Origin: Anthoceros angustus
Taxonomy: Eukaryota > Plantae > Anthocerotophyta
Direction: 5' to 3'
Assembly: GCA_010909165.1 (NCBI GenBank)
Contig: VJWM01000173.1
Location: 441,763-505,762 of the forward strand
DNA length: 64,000 nucleotides
Shown piece by piece: positions 39,176-52,056 of the stretch. The position numbers and the translations under genes are program-made. Under the pieces are notes generated by a model, which saw only the letters and a list, made by a program, of their open reading frames with translations, did not search any database and was not told where the DNA came from. How positions within the stretch are numbered: position 1 is the stretch's first letter; each line of letters starts with the position of its first letter.

Positions 39176-42100
39176 CCCTACTAGAAATGGCCGCCTATGT
39201 TACACTTTTTGTTAAGATTTGAACCCCCCCTTGTTGCAATTATGTTAAAATCTTGGTGTCTTGTTACACTTATTTGGCCCCTTGTTACGCTTTTGGTAAC
39301 CAACCCTCCATCTTGTTACAATCACATGTTTTGTTGCAATTTTGTTGCAGCAGTAGTGAGAGGTGGTATCCCTTTCAAAATTTCAACATATTTGCAACAA
39401 CCAAAGTGTTACACCCTCTTTGTTACGCTTTGTGGCTTGGTACCGAACCTCCTTCCCATGTGGGTTTGCCATTATTGCTTTCATTCCTTTGTTTTTCCCC
39501 GCTTTATTGTTATCGTGTACGGACTATAAGTATATAATATGCCTTGGCTTCCTGACATTGCCCGATGTCATTACTCAAATACATATACGATGCCTTTTCA
39601 AATTAAGTATACGTACAAGTGGTATCCGTGTTGTGCACTGCTTTGCAGCGGCCGCAAATTTCTGTGCGTTTGTTTCCACCCATTCGCAAAGGCCTTTTCA
39701 CGTCACTCGTATTTCGTGCCCTTGTGGGCGTCCCGTATAGGGTACTTGTTTTGGAAACCCTTATACCACAAGAACAACGAAGGCGTAGTTTCGCACCCTA
39801 CATAACATGCGGTTCTTTGCCGCATCCACATCCAAAATTGGCGTCCTCCCTCGGTAGCGGGATGAATCCACTGCATCCGCATCCGCGGTGTCCGTGCTCC
39901 TCGTCGCGAGGAATGAACCGCAATCTCCATCCGCGACCTCGTGCTCCCTCCTCGCTGGAGGGGTGAATTTGGGGTTGTGGTTGGCATTCTCTGTTGCCCG
40001 CCCGTTCTCGTTCGGTGAAGGCCTACTCGTCAGATGCAAAACCGTGCACCTCCCACACTTACCGATTTTGCCCTTCCTTCCTCAAGCGGTCTGCTGGTTT
40101 TCCTTCCGTCTTTGACTCCCGATTCCACCTGCTTCCGGGATTGCAAGAATGACCACATGCCATTCCATGGCCCTTGGCTGTAAGCATAAAAAAACCAGAG
40201 TGCTGCAATTTTGTGCTTACCTTCGGCCTTCTCTTTGTTTTGTTTCCGCCCACTTCCCGCCTCCAGCTATGTTTGTCCGCTCCTTGGGCCACAGCCTCGA
40301 CTGTAACTCTTCCTTCCCCATACGCCTTGCGGGCATTCCCTTCCTTTCCTCTTCCGCCTCCTCCATCCTCCATAGGTTGCGTCACCTTTTGGAGCCCATG
40401 TCCATGCTCTCGGCATCGGCTCGGCCGGTATGTGTCGGGTACAAAGTTCGCACGGCTGCTCACATCTCCATCCTCTTCCGCCACCTCCTGCTCTCTTCCT
40501 CATCGTCACCATGTCGTGACGCTGCCCGTCCATTGGAGGCTGCTGGATCCCGTGATGATGTCTCATTTACATCTCGCGCCTCCATCCTCTTCCGCCTCAC
40601 CGAGCAACGTTGGCACCATTGCGCACACATGTCGTCACCCCACGGCCCCCCGCCGCCTCCATTCCCACCGCCCCGAGGCAACGTTTTGGCACCATTGCGC
40701 ACACATGTCACCCACGGTCCCCCCCTGCCCTCCATTGTCCATCCCGCCCATCCTGCGCCACTACCGGCCTTGATGTCCGCTGACACGCCATTCCCTGGAT
40801 GTGTACCGGCCCCATGTACAACTCACTTACACCGACGCCTCTCCCTACCATGTTCTTCGTTGCCCCGTTTTCCCGAGTCACCCATGCCCACCATGCCCCC
40901 TCACGATCATGACCATCGCTATGTCGCCACAACCACGGCCGTTCGTGGTGTCGCTGACCACCACCTCATCGCCTCGCCATAGTCGATGCCGCCTTGCCCC
41001 GCTCACACCGCCATGCTTTGCCCCACCGTAAGCGCTTTCCTTCTCTCGTCGCACCCTGTTTTGTTTTGTTACATCATTTGGTGCTCCATGGCCTACCACC
41101 GCCTTGATGTCCTGTCCTCCCATGGTTGATCGCTCACCTCGTGACGCCCCTCTCCCTACCATGTTCTTCGTTGCCCCGTTTTCCCGAGTCACCCCACCAC
41201 CATGCCCCCTCTCGATCATGACCCTTTGCTATGTTACGCCACAACCACGGCCGTTCGTGGTGTCGGGACCACCACCTCGCCCTCGCCATAGTCGGCGATG
41301 TCGATCATGCCCACCCGCTGCTGTCATCGTTGCCCCACCGTAGCGTTTCCTTCTCTCGCCGGTCGCACCCTGTTTTGTTTTGTTACATCATTTGGTGCTC
41401 CATGGCCTACCACACCTTGATGTCTGTCCTCCCATGGTGATCGTTCACCTCGTGGCGTCCCTCTCCATGTCGGGTTCCACGCCTTGTTGTCCCCCGCCAT
41501 TCGTCCTTCCTTCCCGCACATTTGTGCGCGTTTTTTCTCCACCACATGCTTGTGGCTCCCCTACTGCGCCTCGAATGCCTTCCCGCCTCACATCTAGCGC
41601 CCCACTGTCCGTTTCGAAGGATTGACCCATTCCCACTATCCTCCTCCTTGGGAAGGCCACGAGATCAGGATCCTTCTCCAACTCTATATCATTCAGCAAC
41701 GCAGTCCTTTCCCGCGTTATCCTGGCAATCTCCTGCATCTCGTGGGTTCGTGCATACTTTGCCTCCCTCACACGTCTGAGGAACTCCGGCACCGAATCGC
41801 CCCTGTCGCGGACTGCCCATAGCCCTTCCATGTTTGTCGTTCCTTCTAGCATGCCATACTCTGCCTCGTCATCTGCAGGATACGTGCCATACCGTTTGTG
41901 AAACCGCAACACCCAGCCTGTCCGACCTCCCTTTCCCCACGGGTTTGGACCCATACCGCCATTTCTGGCTAGTCTCTCCTTCGCTGCTATTTCGTGCTTG
42001 GATGAAAACGGCCGCTCCTTTTCAGCTCGTGTCGTGCCCATGCTAAGGCATCTTCCCACTCTTCATCGTCCACCATGGAAGGTTTCCTATTCGAGGTAGT

Positions 42101-42847
42101 TCCCCTTTTCCTCTCTCTTCCAGAACGGCCTTCGCAAAGATCCACACATCGGCATTCGCGTCCGCGTCATTTGAGAGAAATGTCTACTTATGCACGACTT
42201 CAAAGACTAACGGGAAGGCTTCCGCCACACACTTGATTAACCGGCCTTCTCTCGCTTTGAACGTCCCTCCACCTTGTCAGTACCCTGTGTCGCTCACAAC
42301 CTTTGTCCCGACTAGCTCCAAGATTTCTTCGTGTCTCCTTCGCTTAGCCCACCAAACAACAAATGTGCTCGCCGACGCCTTTCACAACTCATCAATTCGT
42401 TCCTCAGCCATTTCACTCCATGCTTGTGCAGAAAGCATTCACCAAGGCCTCGTTATCAACACCATTTACGAGGGCATTCACATCTATTGTGTGCCCTTCC
42501 CTCGCCTCACGGCTGATATGACACCTCCACCGCAACAAATTCCGCCCGCCATTCCCTTTCTAGGGCCTCTGCACCCGTCGGTCCTTCCCCGCTGTCCTCC
42601 CTCCCTCCGACCGTCCGCTGCTCGTGCTCATATTTTCCTGTGCATTCCCGCATTTCGTCCTCCTCCTCTCTTACATCCAACTCCTCCGTCAAGCGTGACG
42701 GTTGTTCTCCTCTTCCCTTGATAGTTCCCATTCCCCCTACTTGCCATCCATCGCCTTCGCGGCACATCCAAGCATTCACACAATGCACATGGAAATGACG
42801 TTTCATCCCTGATACCGGTCTATATGTCAGACAGCGTACAATGTGTT
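39176..42847 (-). mobile_element. Second CACTA element (3' end, inverted), diverged relative of the first; interrupted by Copia A2
   Basis: ccctactagaaa at 39176 (1 mismatch to CACTACTAGAAA); TGTTAC subterminal repeats to ~39430; TnpA-like ORF 42059-41445 homologous to 11297-11563. Confidence 0.72.
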
Positions 42848-43359
42848 AGTTAGAAGTACAGACCGCGTTGGTTATGGTTACCTTAGCTAAACCCCATGGT
42901 CATACCTTTGGTGTCTAGCACCAAGAGGTACAACTCTTCGCATACGTGCTATAAAAGCCCACCTCTTGTAATCAATTGTATCAATTAGTAAAGCACTAAA
43001 CTTTGATCAAACGCTTCCGCAAAGCACCTCAAACTTGGTATCAGAGCATAGTTTGATTACTAAGTCCATCATGCATTATGATGTGAATCTAGATGTTCTT
43101 CTAATATGCAACGTCTTTCCAATGCTTTTGGTATTTGTAATTTGAAGCTATTTTATACTTATTCATAGTTTCTTTCACATTCAACCAAACATATTTTACT
43201 AATAAAATAGTTTGGCTTCTTCTATGATTAACCTTTATATTCATTAAAGTTTCATGGCTCATTGCCACTCTCTCATTCTTCATCTTATTCTTTCTAGCAT
43301 TCTACTCACTCTTCCTTGTACAAGACATTGTTCCTTATTGTTTTACATAAAGTTACAAC

Positions 43360-44250
43360 ATGGCAAGAAGAAACAATCACAAGAGTATTCATGCTAAGAG
43401 AACTAGAGAATTAGAGAGGGAAAGTAGAAGAATTGTGCACTCTCGTCGATCCTACAAACATAGTCGATTTAATTCTTCTCTTTTCAATAACCTAGGGAGC
43501 AAGATAGCCTACATGCTATCCTGCTTCTTTCTAGAAAACAATTTGGTATCATCATCAGCAACAGGAGCTTTTAGCAATCAAAAATCAGCAAGGCCTTGGT
43601 CCACTAGTGATGATCCTGATTTGCTTCGATGTTGTGGAGATATCTCGAGTGATGAGAATCAGAAGTCCTCCTCCTATCATTCACACAACAAGGAGACCAA
43701 CTCACCATTTTATTCTCCTACCACACCGATAGAGTAATTCTTACGTCATCATTCTAATCGATCGGTCGGCATCATTCCACGGTTTACGCTAAGAAACTCT
43801 ATTATCTTGCTGATGAATGAATGACAACACCCTCGGCAAACACTCAACAAGTTACTCACAAAGTACTTCATAATGCAAATTCAACTAATCACGATTGTAC
43901 ATGGTTACGGCGTGCGTATGGGCAGCAATGTTTTCAAACAAGCTCCAACTTGACGACTCACTCGGCCATCTCCTACAGCCTGCAAATCATGAAACAACCT
44001 ATCAACAAGTTCAAGCTGAGATTTCTGCTGCTGCAGATTTTCTTTCTCGATTAGAAGAAATCGGCATGATTTATCTCAGGAGATCTCACCAGCTCAGCGC
44101 CTAGTGCAAATGCCCCCATATCTGCCATCGTCTCTTCAGATCAGCTGATATCAGGGGGTCCAACCACTGAAATTCAAAAGAAATCATTTGCAGATCCTAA
44201 CAGCCATTCTTCTGCAAATCTCCGTCTTGAATCTCCTCAATTCTGCTGCA
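43360..44250 (+). CDS. Extra upstream ORF of Copia A2, unknown function (first 125 aa open, rest frameshifted)
   Basis: MARRNNHKSIHAKRTRELERESRR...; ...HETTYQQVQAEISAAADFLSRLEEIGMIYL; conserved with copy 1. Confidence 0.45.
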
Positions 44251-44301
44251 ATCTTACTCCATATGGTGCACCCATCACCGGCGATCAGATCCCATCCAGC
44301 A

Positions 44302-46845
44302 TGGCGGTTCCAATCTCAGAATCGACTCAGATCGAGGCCGGTACTCTTCATGTTTTCCAGGCTAATTCAGTTACTGCTTACTGTTGCAACGCTTGCAATC
44401 TTTGGGCAGTAGAGGCGCCCTTCTCCAGCGCCCCTGCTGCATCTGGCGCGACTGGAAATGGTGAAGAGGGCCCCCAGATCGATGGAGATTCAGATCAGGG
44501 GGCCCCGGGCGGTTGCGCGCGCGTGTCCCCCGCGCGCGCCCGCTCAACCTCGGCACCCGTTCGCGAACGGTGCCCTAAAAACTCTTTTTTGGCACCCGTT
44601 CGCGACGGTGCCCTAAAATATTATTTTGGCACCCGTTGCGGTGCCAGAACAGGGCGTTTGAGCGAAACGTTTGAACGTTTCGCCTTCAAGATTGGCTCTT
44701 GGGGTTGTTGGTGGGGCCCACCTGGCATCTTCTGGATCTCCTAGCATACTGCTCAGCCCTCGCTTGCAACTATTCGAGCTCGTCGCCCCTTATAGACCTC
44801 TATCGGTTGATTTTTCAATTTATTCGCTTGACAATCAAACAAGAGCCCTTGTCGCCGCCTTCCATCGGCGACATTGCTTCGGCGTTATTTTATGAGCAGC
44901 GGTTACTCGCTCAAGAGCTATTCCATTTGGAGTGTCATCATCTTTGGGATCATCTTCGTGACTCTACGAGTCGGTGTAGTCGGTACCCAAGATTCGACAT
45001 CTTGCTACATCTATGCTCCTAGTGACCGCGGCATCGTTCACTGGGTTGTTTGATTTTTCATAACCATCATTGGCCTTCGGGATCTTTAGCAAAGTAACAT
45101 TTAATTTGCTCATAGTCAAGCGTTGCTATATATATTTGAAGACTTCTTAGCTTCTTGTCATAACTTGGGGTTGGCGGTTCCAATCTCGAATCGATCGGAT
45201 CGAGGCGGTACTCTTCATGTTTTCGAATTCGATTCTTCTTATTTGCGCTTGCAATCTTTGGGCGATGGGCGCCTTCTCCAGCGCCCTGCATCAGCGCGAC
45301 TGGAAATGGTGAAGAGGGCCCCGGATCGATGGAGATTGATCGAGGCCGGTGTTCTTGTGCGCGTGTCCCAGCCGCTCAACCTCGGCACCCGTTCGCGAAC
45401 GGTGCCCTAAAACTCTTTTTTGGCACCCGTTCGCGGTGCCCTAAAATTTTTGGCACCCGTTGCGGTGCCGTTTGTAACGGGCGCGTTTGAGCGAAACGTT
45501 TGAAGCGTTTACGCCTTCAAGAACGAGATTGGCTCTTGGGGTTGTTGGTGGGGCCCACCTGGCATCTTCTTCTGGATCTCCTAGCATACTGCTCAGCCCT
45601 CGCTTTGAACTATTCGAGCTCGTCGCCCCTTATAGACCTCTATCGGTTGATTTTCGGCTATTCGGCTTGACAATCAAACAAGAGCCCTTGTCGCCGCCTT
45701 CCATCGGCGACATTGCTCTCGGCGTTATTTTATGAGCAAGTGGTGCTCTTTTCAAGAGCTATTCCATTTGGAGTGTCATCATCTTTGGGATCATCTTCAT
45801 CGACTCTACGAGTCGGTGTAGTCGGTGCCAAGATTCGGCATCTTGCTCATCTATGCTCCTAGTGACATCGCCGTTCAGGTTGTTTGATTTTTCATAACCA
45901 TCATTGGCCGGGATCTTTAGCAAAGTAACATTTTGTTGCTCATAGTCAAGCGTTGCTATATATATTTGAAGACTTCTTAGCTTCTTGTCATAACTTGGAG
46001 TTGGCGGTTCCAATCTCGAATCGATCGGATCGAGGCGGTACTCTTCATGTTTTCGAATTCGATTCTTCTTATTTGCGCTTGCAATCTTTGGGCGATGGGC
46101 GCCTTCTCCAGCGCCCTGCATCAGCGCGACTGGAAATGGTGAAGAGGGCCCCGGATCGATGGAGATTGATCGAGGCCGGTGTTCTTGTGCGCGTGTCCCA
46201 GCCGCTCAACCTCGGCACCCGTTCGCGAACGGTGCCCTAAAACTCTTTTTTGGCACCCGTTCGCGGTGCCCTAAAATTTTTGGCACCCGTTGCGGTGCCG
46301 TTTGTAACGGGCGCGTTTGAGCGAAACGTTTGAAGCGTTTACGCCTTCAAGAACGAGATTGGCTCTTGGGGTTGTTGGTGGGGCCCACCTGGCATCTTCT
46401 TCTGGATCTCCTAGCATACCTGTTCAGCCCTCGCTTGCAACTATTCGGAGCTCGTCGCCCCCTTATAGACCTCTATCGGTTGATTTTCGGCTATTCGGCT
46501 TGAGCAATCAAACAAGAGCCCTTGTCGCCGCGCCTTCCATCGGCGACATTGCTCTCGGCGTTATTTTATGAGCAAGTGGTGCTCTTTCAAGAGCTATTCC
46601 ATTTGGAGTGTCATCATCTTTGGGATCATCTTCATCGACTCTACGAGTCGGTGTAGTCGGTGCCAAGATTCGGCATCTTGCTCATCTATGCTCCTAGTGA
46701 CATCGCCGTTCAGGTTGTTTGACTTTTCATAATCATCCTTGGCCTTCGGGATCTTTAGCAAAGTAACATTTAATTTGCTCATAGTCAAGCGTTGCTATAT
46801 ATATCTGAAGACTTCTTAGCTTCTTGTCATAACTTGGAGTTGGCA
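44302..46845 (+). repeat. Tandem triplication of an ~830-870-bp leader segment
   Basis: Units start tggcggttccaatctc at ~44302, ~45172 and ~46002; single copy in A1 (~2047-2815). Confidence 0.9.
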
Positions 46846-48744
46846 GTTCTTCTATATATATATATCTATCTACTTCTATCACGATGGCCACCTCTCCAAA
46901 TGTGCCACCCATTCCCATCATCAATTATATGAATGTGACATCCGATTTTAAGAAGGACCGTTTCGATGGCACTAAGTTGAAATATGGTCCAAACGTATGC
47001 TCTCTTAAATACCAGATCTAATTGGCATAGTTGATGGAACTGTCCTCAAGCCGCCCTCGACTCTCGACTCTTGGATCAAACAAGGCAGGCTTGCACTTCA
47101 CATTCTTATTTTGGCCTTGGCGAAGTCACTACATCATCTTGATGGGGCTACTCTGCTGCGAGGCATGGCGGCATAGTAGATGGTTCTTCTTTTACCAATG
47201 ATGTGATGTGCTACATGTTCCAAATGGCGAAGAATCTTATCTCCGTCCGACACTTGGTGAAGGACGGTACTTTCGAGCTAGAGTTGCGATTGTCTCCTCA
47301 CAGATCTATTGCTCCTAGTCGGCGTGGTTGCTAGAGGTCGTCCGGCGGCATGACCTCTATGTCTTCTCCGCGTGCAGTGATCACGACTTCCTCGACCCGG
47401 CTCCGCCATGGCCACTGCGGTCGAGGAGGAGTTCTAAAGGTGACTCCTATTATGGCATTCTCGGCTTGGACATATTAATCATGATAAGCTTTTAGAGATG
47501 TCTAGGCGTGATTTATTTAGGGATAAGCTACCACACTTTTCCAGACTCCTCCGTTATGTGAACCTTGTATATATGCTAAACAACGTAGCTTCCCTATCCT
47601 ACTCTACACGGTCTACTCATTTAGTTGGTCCATGTTGATCTTTGTGGTCCTCCCGGTCCCTTCACTTGGCGCATCGCACTTTATGACTCTTGTTGATGAC
47701 TATAGTCGCTATACCTTTGCTATTCCGCTCAAGTTGAAGAGTGATTCCTTGACTCCTTTACTCCTTTTGTCACTATGGTGCAAACCGGTTTGCAAGCTTG
47801 CATTAGATCGACAATGCGGAGAATTAAATAAAAGCAATTTAAGGACTTACATCTTGAGAGGGATTATCCGTCGGTTCGGTTCCCTATACTTCTCTGAGAA
47901 TGGGGTTCTTGAAAAGGCCAGCGATCGCTCGCCATGGCCCGCGCCATGCTAGCCTCGACTCCCAAACCCTTACGGGCGGCGGTTAATCTGCGGCGTATCT
48001 GCAGGGGTTCTTTCCAAGTCGGTTCTGGCGGACACCCTTTGAGTCTGGCATGGATATAAGCCTCTTATTACTCATCTTGGATTTTTGTGCCCGCCTATGC
48101 TAATATTCCTTCTCGCGACAAGCTTTACCTTTCGCTTTCATGGTAGTATTTGTTGGCTATGGCGAGGACCGTAAGGCTTATAAAGCGGTTGACTTGGATA
48201 CCCATGCTATTGTATATGCTCTTGTCACCTTTGATGAGGCTCGGTTAGCATCTGCTCGTTACGAGTCCATGGATTACCGGCTCCTTGACGACACGCTTCT
48301 TGACCCGGTGACCTTATGCAGGTTTTGACTCGACCCTCTGTTTCGGACTCGGTCCGCAACCTGCTCCATCCCTGGCCTCTTCACCTCAAGCGGCACCTAT
48401 ACCTATGTTCACCTTTCGAGAGGGGAAGATGAGCAGCCATTGTTGATCCTTATGAAAGCGAGGCGACTTTGGTGCTCTTAATTCACAAGACCCGAGGCAG
48501 TTCTGCTCCACCTTCTCCGTAACACTTGATCCGGCGAAGGTATCCTTGCGTCACGTCAAGAGACACCTGGAATGAGATCCCTTTGATTTAGAGTTCAATC
48601 AAGTGGCTACACCACCTGCTGCGGGTCATTTCAACGCCTTTGTTGCCCTTGAGAGGAGATCCTCTCACTCTTCAAGAGCATATTCGCGACTGATGCGGCT
48701 AAGTGGAAGTTTGCTATTGATGATGAATATAATTCTCTTATCAA

Positions 48745-50233
48745 AAACAATACGGACTCTAGTAAACTTGCAAAAGCGAACTCTTTGTCAAATGCAAGTG
48801 GGTTCTCAAAACTAAATTCCGGAGGTTGAACCTCGTATTCGCTATAAAGGCGAGACTAGTGGCTAAGGGTTATAGTCGGAAGAGGGTGGACTATCGTAGG
48901 CGATAAGGTATATTCACACCGTAGTCAAGGAGTAGAATGCTCCACGGCTTTATGTGCCGAGCTTAATCTGGAAATTTATCAGCTTGTACTGCTTTCCTTT
49001 ATGGTCATCTGCAAGAAGAGATCTATATGGATCAACCAGAAGACTATGAGGATGAGCAATACCCAAACAAGGTGTGTAAACTTATTCGTTCTATTTACGG
49101 ACTAAAGCAAAGCCCACGTTTATGATGAAAATCATACACTAGGCTCTTGAGAAAGAGATTCTTATATGACAATTGATTTAATACAAAATACAAAGCCTAT
49201 TTATAGGCAAGGTGGTTAGGAGGTTAGGTGGTTACAACCATAAGTAGTTGTAACCATCAAGTAGTTATAACTACCTAACCTAACTACCTAGAGCAACTAA
49301 CTAGTAACTACTTAATGCCCTAGGTAGATAAAGATGATTAAGTTAGGTACCCTAGTGAATAGTGCCTAACCTAATCTATTTCATTACTCCCACTCACTAT
49401 GAGCGTGGGTGAGAGAACTACCATTAAAATGAGGCCTAAAATGTCAATAGACTCCCACTAAATAACAAGCTATAAGCCTAAGAAAAGTAATCAAAAACAA
49501 TACGGACTCTAGTAAACTTGCTTGGCGAACTCGCATCACGCAAGTGGGTTCTCAAAACTAAATTCCGGAGGTTGAACCTCGTATTCGCTATAAAGTGAGA
49601 CTAGTGGCTAAGGGTTATAGTCGAAAGAGGGTGGACTATCGTCAGGCGATAAGGTATATATTCACCGTAGTCAAGGCTTGTGAGAATGCTCCACGGCTTT
49701 ATGTGCCGAGCTTAACTGAAATTTATCGACTTGTCTTGCTTTCCTTTATGGTCATCTGCAAGAAGAGATCTATATGGATCAACAAGACTATGAGGATGAG
49801 CAATACCCAAACAAGGTGTAAACTTATTCGTTCTATTTACGGACTAAAGCAAAGCCACGTTTATGATGAAAATCATACACTAGGCTCTTGAGAAAGAGAT
49901 TCTTATATGACAATTGATTTAATACAAAATACAAAGCCTATTTATAGGCAAGGTGGTTAGGAGGTTAGGTGGTTACAACCATAAGTAGTTGTAACCATCA
50001 AGTGATTATAACTACCTAACCACTAACTACCTAGAGCAACTAACTAGTAACTACTTAATGCCCTAGGTAGATAAAGATGATTAAGTTAGGTACCCTAGTG
50101 AATAGTGCCTAACCCTAATCTATTTCATTACTCCCACTCACTATGAGCGTGGGTGAGAGAACTACCATTAAAATGAGGCCTAAAATGTCAATAGACTCCC
50201 ACTAAATAACAAGCTATAAGCCTAAGAAAAGTA
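48745..50233. repeat. ~745-bp tandem duplication spanning the Copia A2 RT / Copia B 3' LTR junction
   Basis: 48745-49492 repeats at 49493-50233, including TSD gttta and the whole LTR (49123-49386 and 49864-50130). Confidence 0.9.
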
Positions 50234-50359
50234 ATAATAAAACTTAAGCTATGAAAAGAAAGCTGGAAATAAGTTTAAGAACCTAAACAAATTTTAAGAG
50301 AACTTAAACCAATTAATAAAACAAGTAATTAATGAAAATACGGTGAGTCAGGGTACCCT

Positions 50360-51199
50360 CACGTTAAATCGTGGGCGGGCCAGCGATTATTGCGCCCATC
50401 TTCAATTCCATAGCGGGAGGGGCAGGAGCTCCAAACCACCGCGGGATGGCGGGCCGCGGAGCAGCCGCCCGCGCCGAGCGCGTCCGCATCGCAGGCGCCC
50501 AGTAGCCGACGCCTGCAATTCCAGTCCAGCGCGGTGAATGCTCAACTCGAACACGGCCATGCGCAATTCCTTCACGACATGGTGGCGTTGGGGGCGGTGT
50601 ACCCTTTACATCGCCCATGGCGGTCCTTAGGCGCTCCCCGGTGTGGGAACATCGCCACGGACATCTTGCCAAAGCTCGGGGTCTTCAATCATCTTGTAGA
50701 CCTCCAAGAAATGAGAGAAAGCGTTGATGGAGGAGGAAGGCCCGTGATGGGGCCTCCCATGAGTGCCAGGTCGTATCCATCAGGACCAAAATAGCTGTAA
50801 ATTTTGATGCATGTTGCCTTAATGTTGTTCTTCTCCTGCGGGTAAAAGGGTGTTAAGGGACATAGCCCTTCCTCCACCGCCTCCATAGCGAAGTGAGGAC
50901 AGAGAGAGCAAAGCAGCCACCGGATCTAGCTTCATTGTTCAAGCCTCCACCAATTGTTATGCATATCGGATTCGGAAGATGATCCAACATATGAAGATGA
51001 CAAATTCCAAATTGATTCGGAGGAGATGGAGGTGTCAGTGCTGCCCACAAACTTGCAAAGTCACCAATTGTTGAGCAGCACATCGCGAGAGGAGCTGTTC
51101 AAGAAGTCCCTCATGGAGGTCGCGTGCGGTCGTCGGGAAAAATTTCTTCATCCTGAGCACGTGAAAAGCTTCAAAGTGCGCCTCAAGTAAGTAGCTCAT
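50360..51199 (-). pseudogene. Sense extra ORF 3' of pol in Copia B (~280 aa, frameshifted), unknown function
   Basis: Joined frames MSYLLEAHFEAFHVLRMKKFF...DFASLWAAL...MEAVEEGLCPLTPFYPQEKNNIKATCIKIYSYFGPDGYDLAL...NAFSHFLEVYKMIEDPELWQDV...VVKELRMAVFEL; TATAAA at 51397-51392. Confidence 0.4.
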
Positions 51200-51579
51200 G
51201 CGAAATTTCGATGCAACATAAAAGCTGATGACATTTCCTCGTGGTAAGGGATATGAAGAAATTCTTAAGGAAGTGAGGATTGCGGATAGGAAAAGAGTGG
51301 ACCAAAATAGGGAAACGAAATAGGAGAAAAGAAAATATGTAAGAGCGTTTAGTAAAACTAAAAACGAAAAAACTCCTACTATATTATCCTATTTATATGG
51401 TTTGGTTTATTAACCTAAAACTAAATTGTATTTCCCCCTTTTTTAGGTTTAGACAAATGTATTGGGACTGGAGGTATAAAGGTGGCAGTCTCGGTGAAGC
51501 CCAATATGGGAAAAGGAATACATATGAGATCCGGATTCTCTATTGCCTAAAGCTGATCTAGCCAAAATGTGTATTTAAT

Positions 51580-52056
51580 ATGTCACGGGATATTGAAAAT
51601 CACGAAGCCCAGAGGAGTATACATGCCAACAAGCAGCATTCATATGGTGTGGCTAGGCCTAAGCCATGTGAGGAATATGAGGGGCACACAAAACACATCT
51701 ATTGTGAGTGCCCTACAATTAAGCTGCATTTAATTAGTGCAAAATCTAATTATTATAAATTATTAAAACCTGATTACTTATATGTACTAGGTTCATTTTG
51801 GAAACTCAGCGAGGAGGATAGAGAATACAATGAGGAATATGAGGGGCACACAAAACACATCTATTGTGAGTGCCCTAAGTGCCACAATTTGCATTTAATT
51901 AGTGCAAAATCTAATTATTATAAATTATTAAAACCTGATTACTTATATGTACTAGGTTCATTTTGGAAACTCAGCGAGGAGGATAGAGAATACAATGAGG
52001 ACTGTGTAGAGATAGAGGAAGAACTTAATGAATTGGACAAAATACTTGACCTTTAG
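51580..52056 (+). CDS. Antisense extra ORF inside Copia B with a His/Cys-rich motif; 54-aa internal duplication
   Basis: Open 158-aa ORF; HTKHIYCECPKCHNLH; TATAAA at 51475-51480 upstream; AATAAA at ~52089 downstream. Confidence 0.55.
   Translation: MSRDIENHEAQRSIHANKQHSYGVARPKPCEEYEGHTKHIYCECPTIKLHLISAKSNYYKLLKPDYLYVLGSFWKLSEEDREYNEEYEGHTKHIYCECPKCHNLHLISAKSNYYKLLKPDYLYVLGSFWKLSEEDREYNEDCVEIEEELNELDKILDL

Noticed and set aside
12876-39187. Macro-transposon carrying the PPR-RNase III island between two CACTA ends
   Set aside because: Both are 3' ends of separate elements lying outside the island, and one TIR is mutated
43070-43360. Env-like transmembrane ORF at the start of the Copia A leader
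   Set aside because: The hydrophobic translation follows from T-rich sequence, and the in-frame stops are shared by both copies
50534-51190. Plus-strand ORFs (MNAQLEHG..., MLCISDSEDD...) as the Copia B extra gene
   Set aside because: Minus-strand frames join into a longer protein-like sequence with an upstream TATA box; the strand choice remains uncertain
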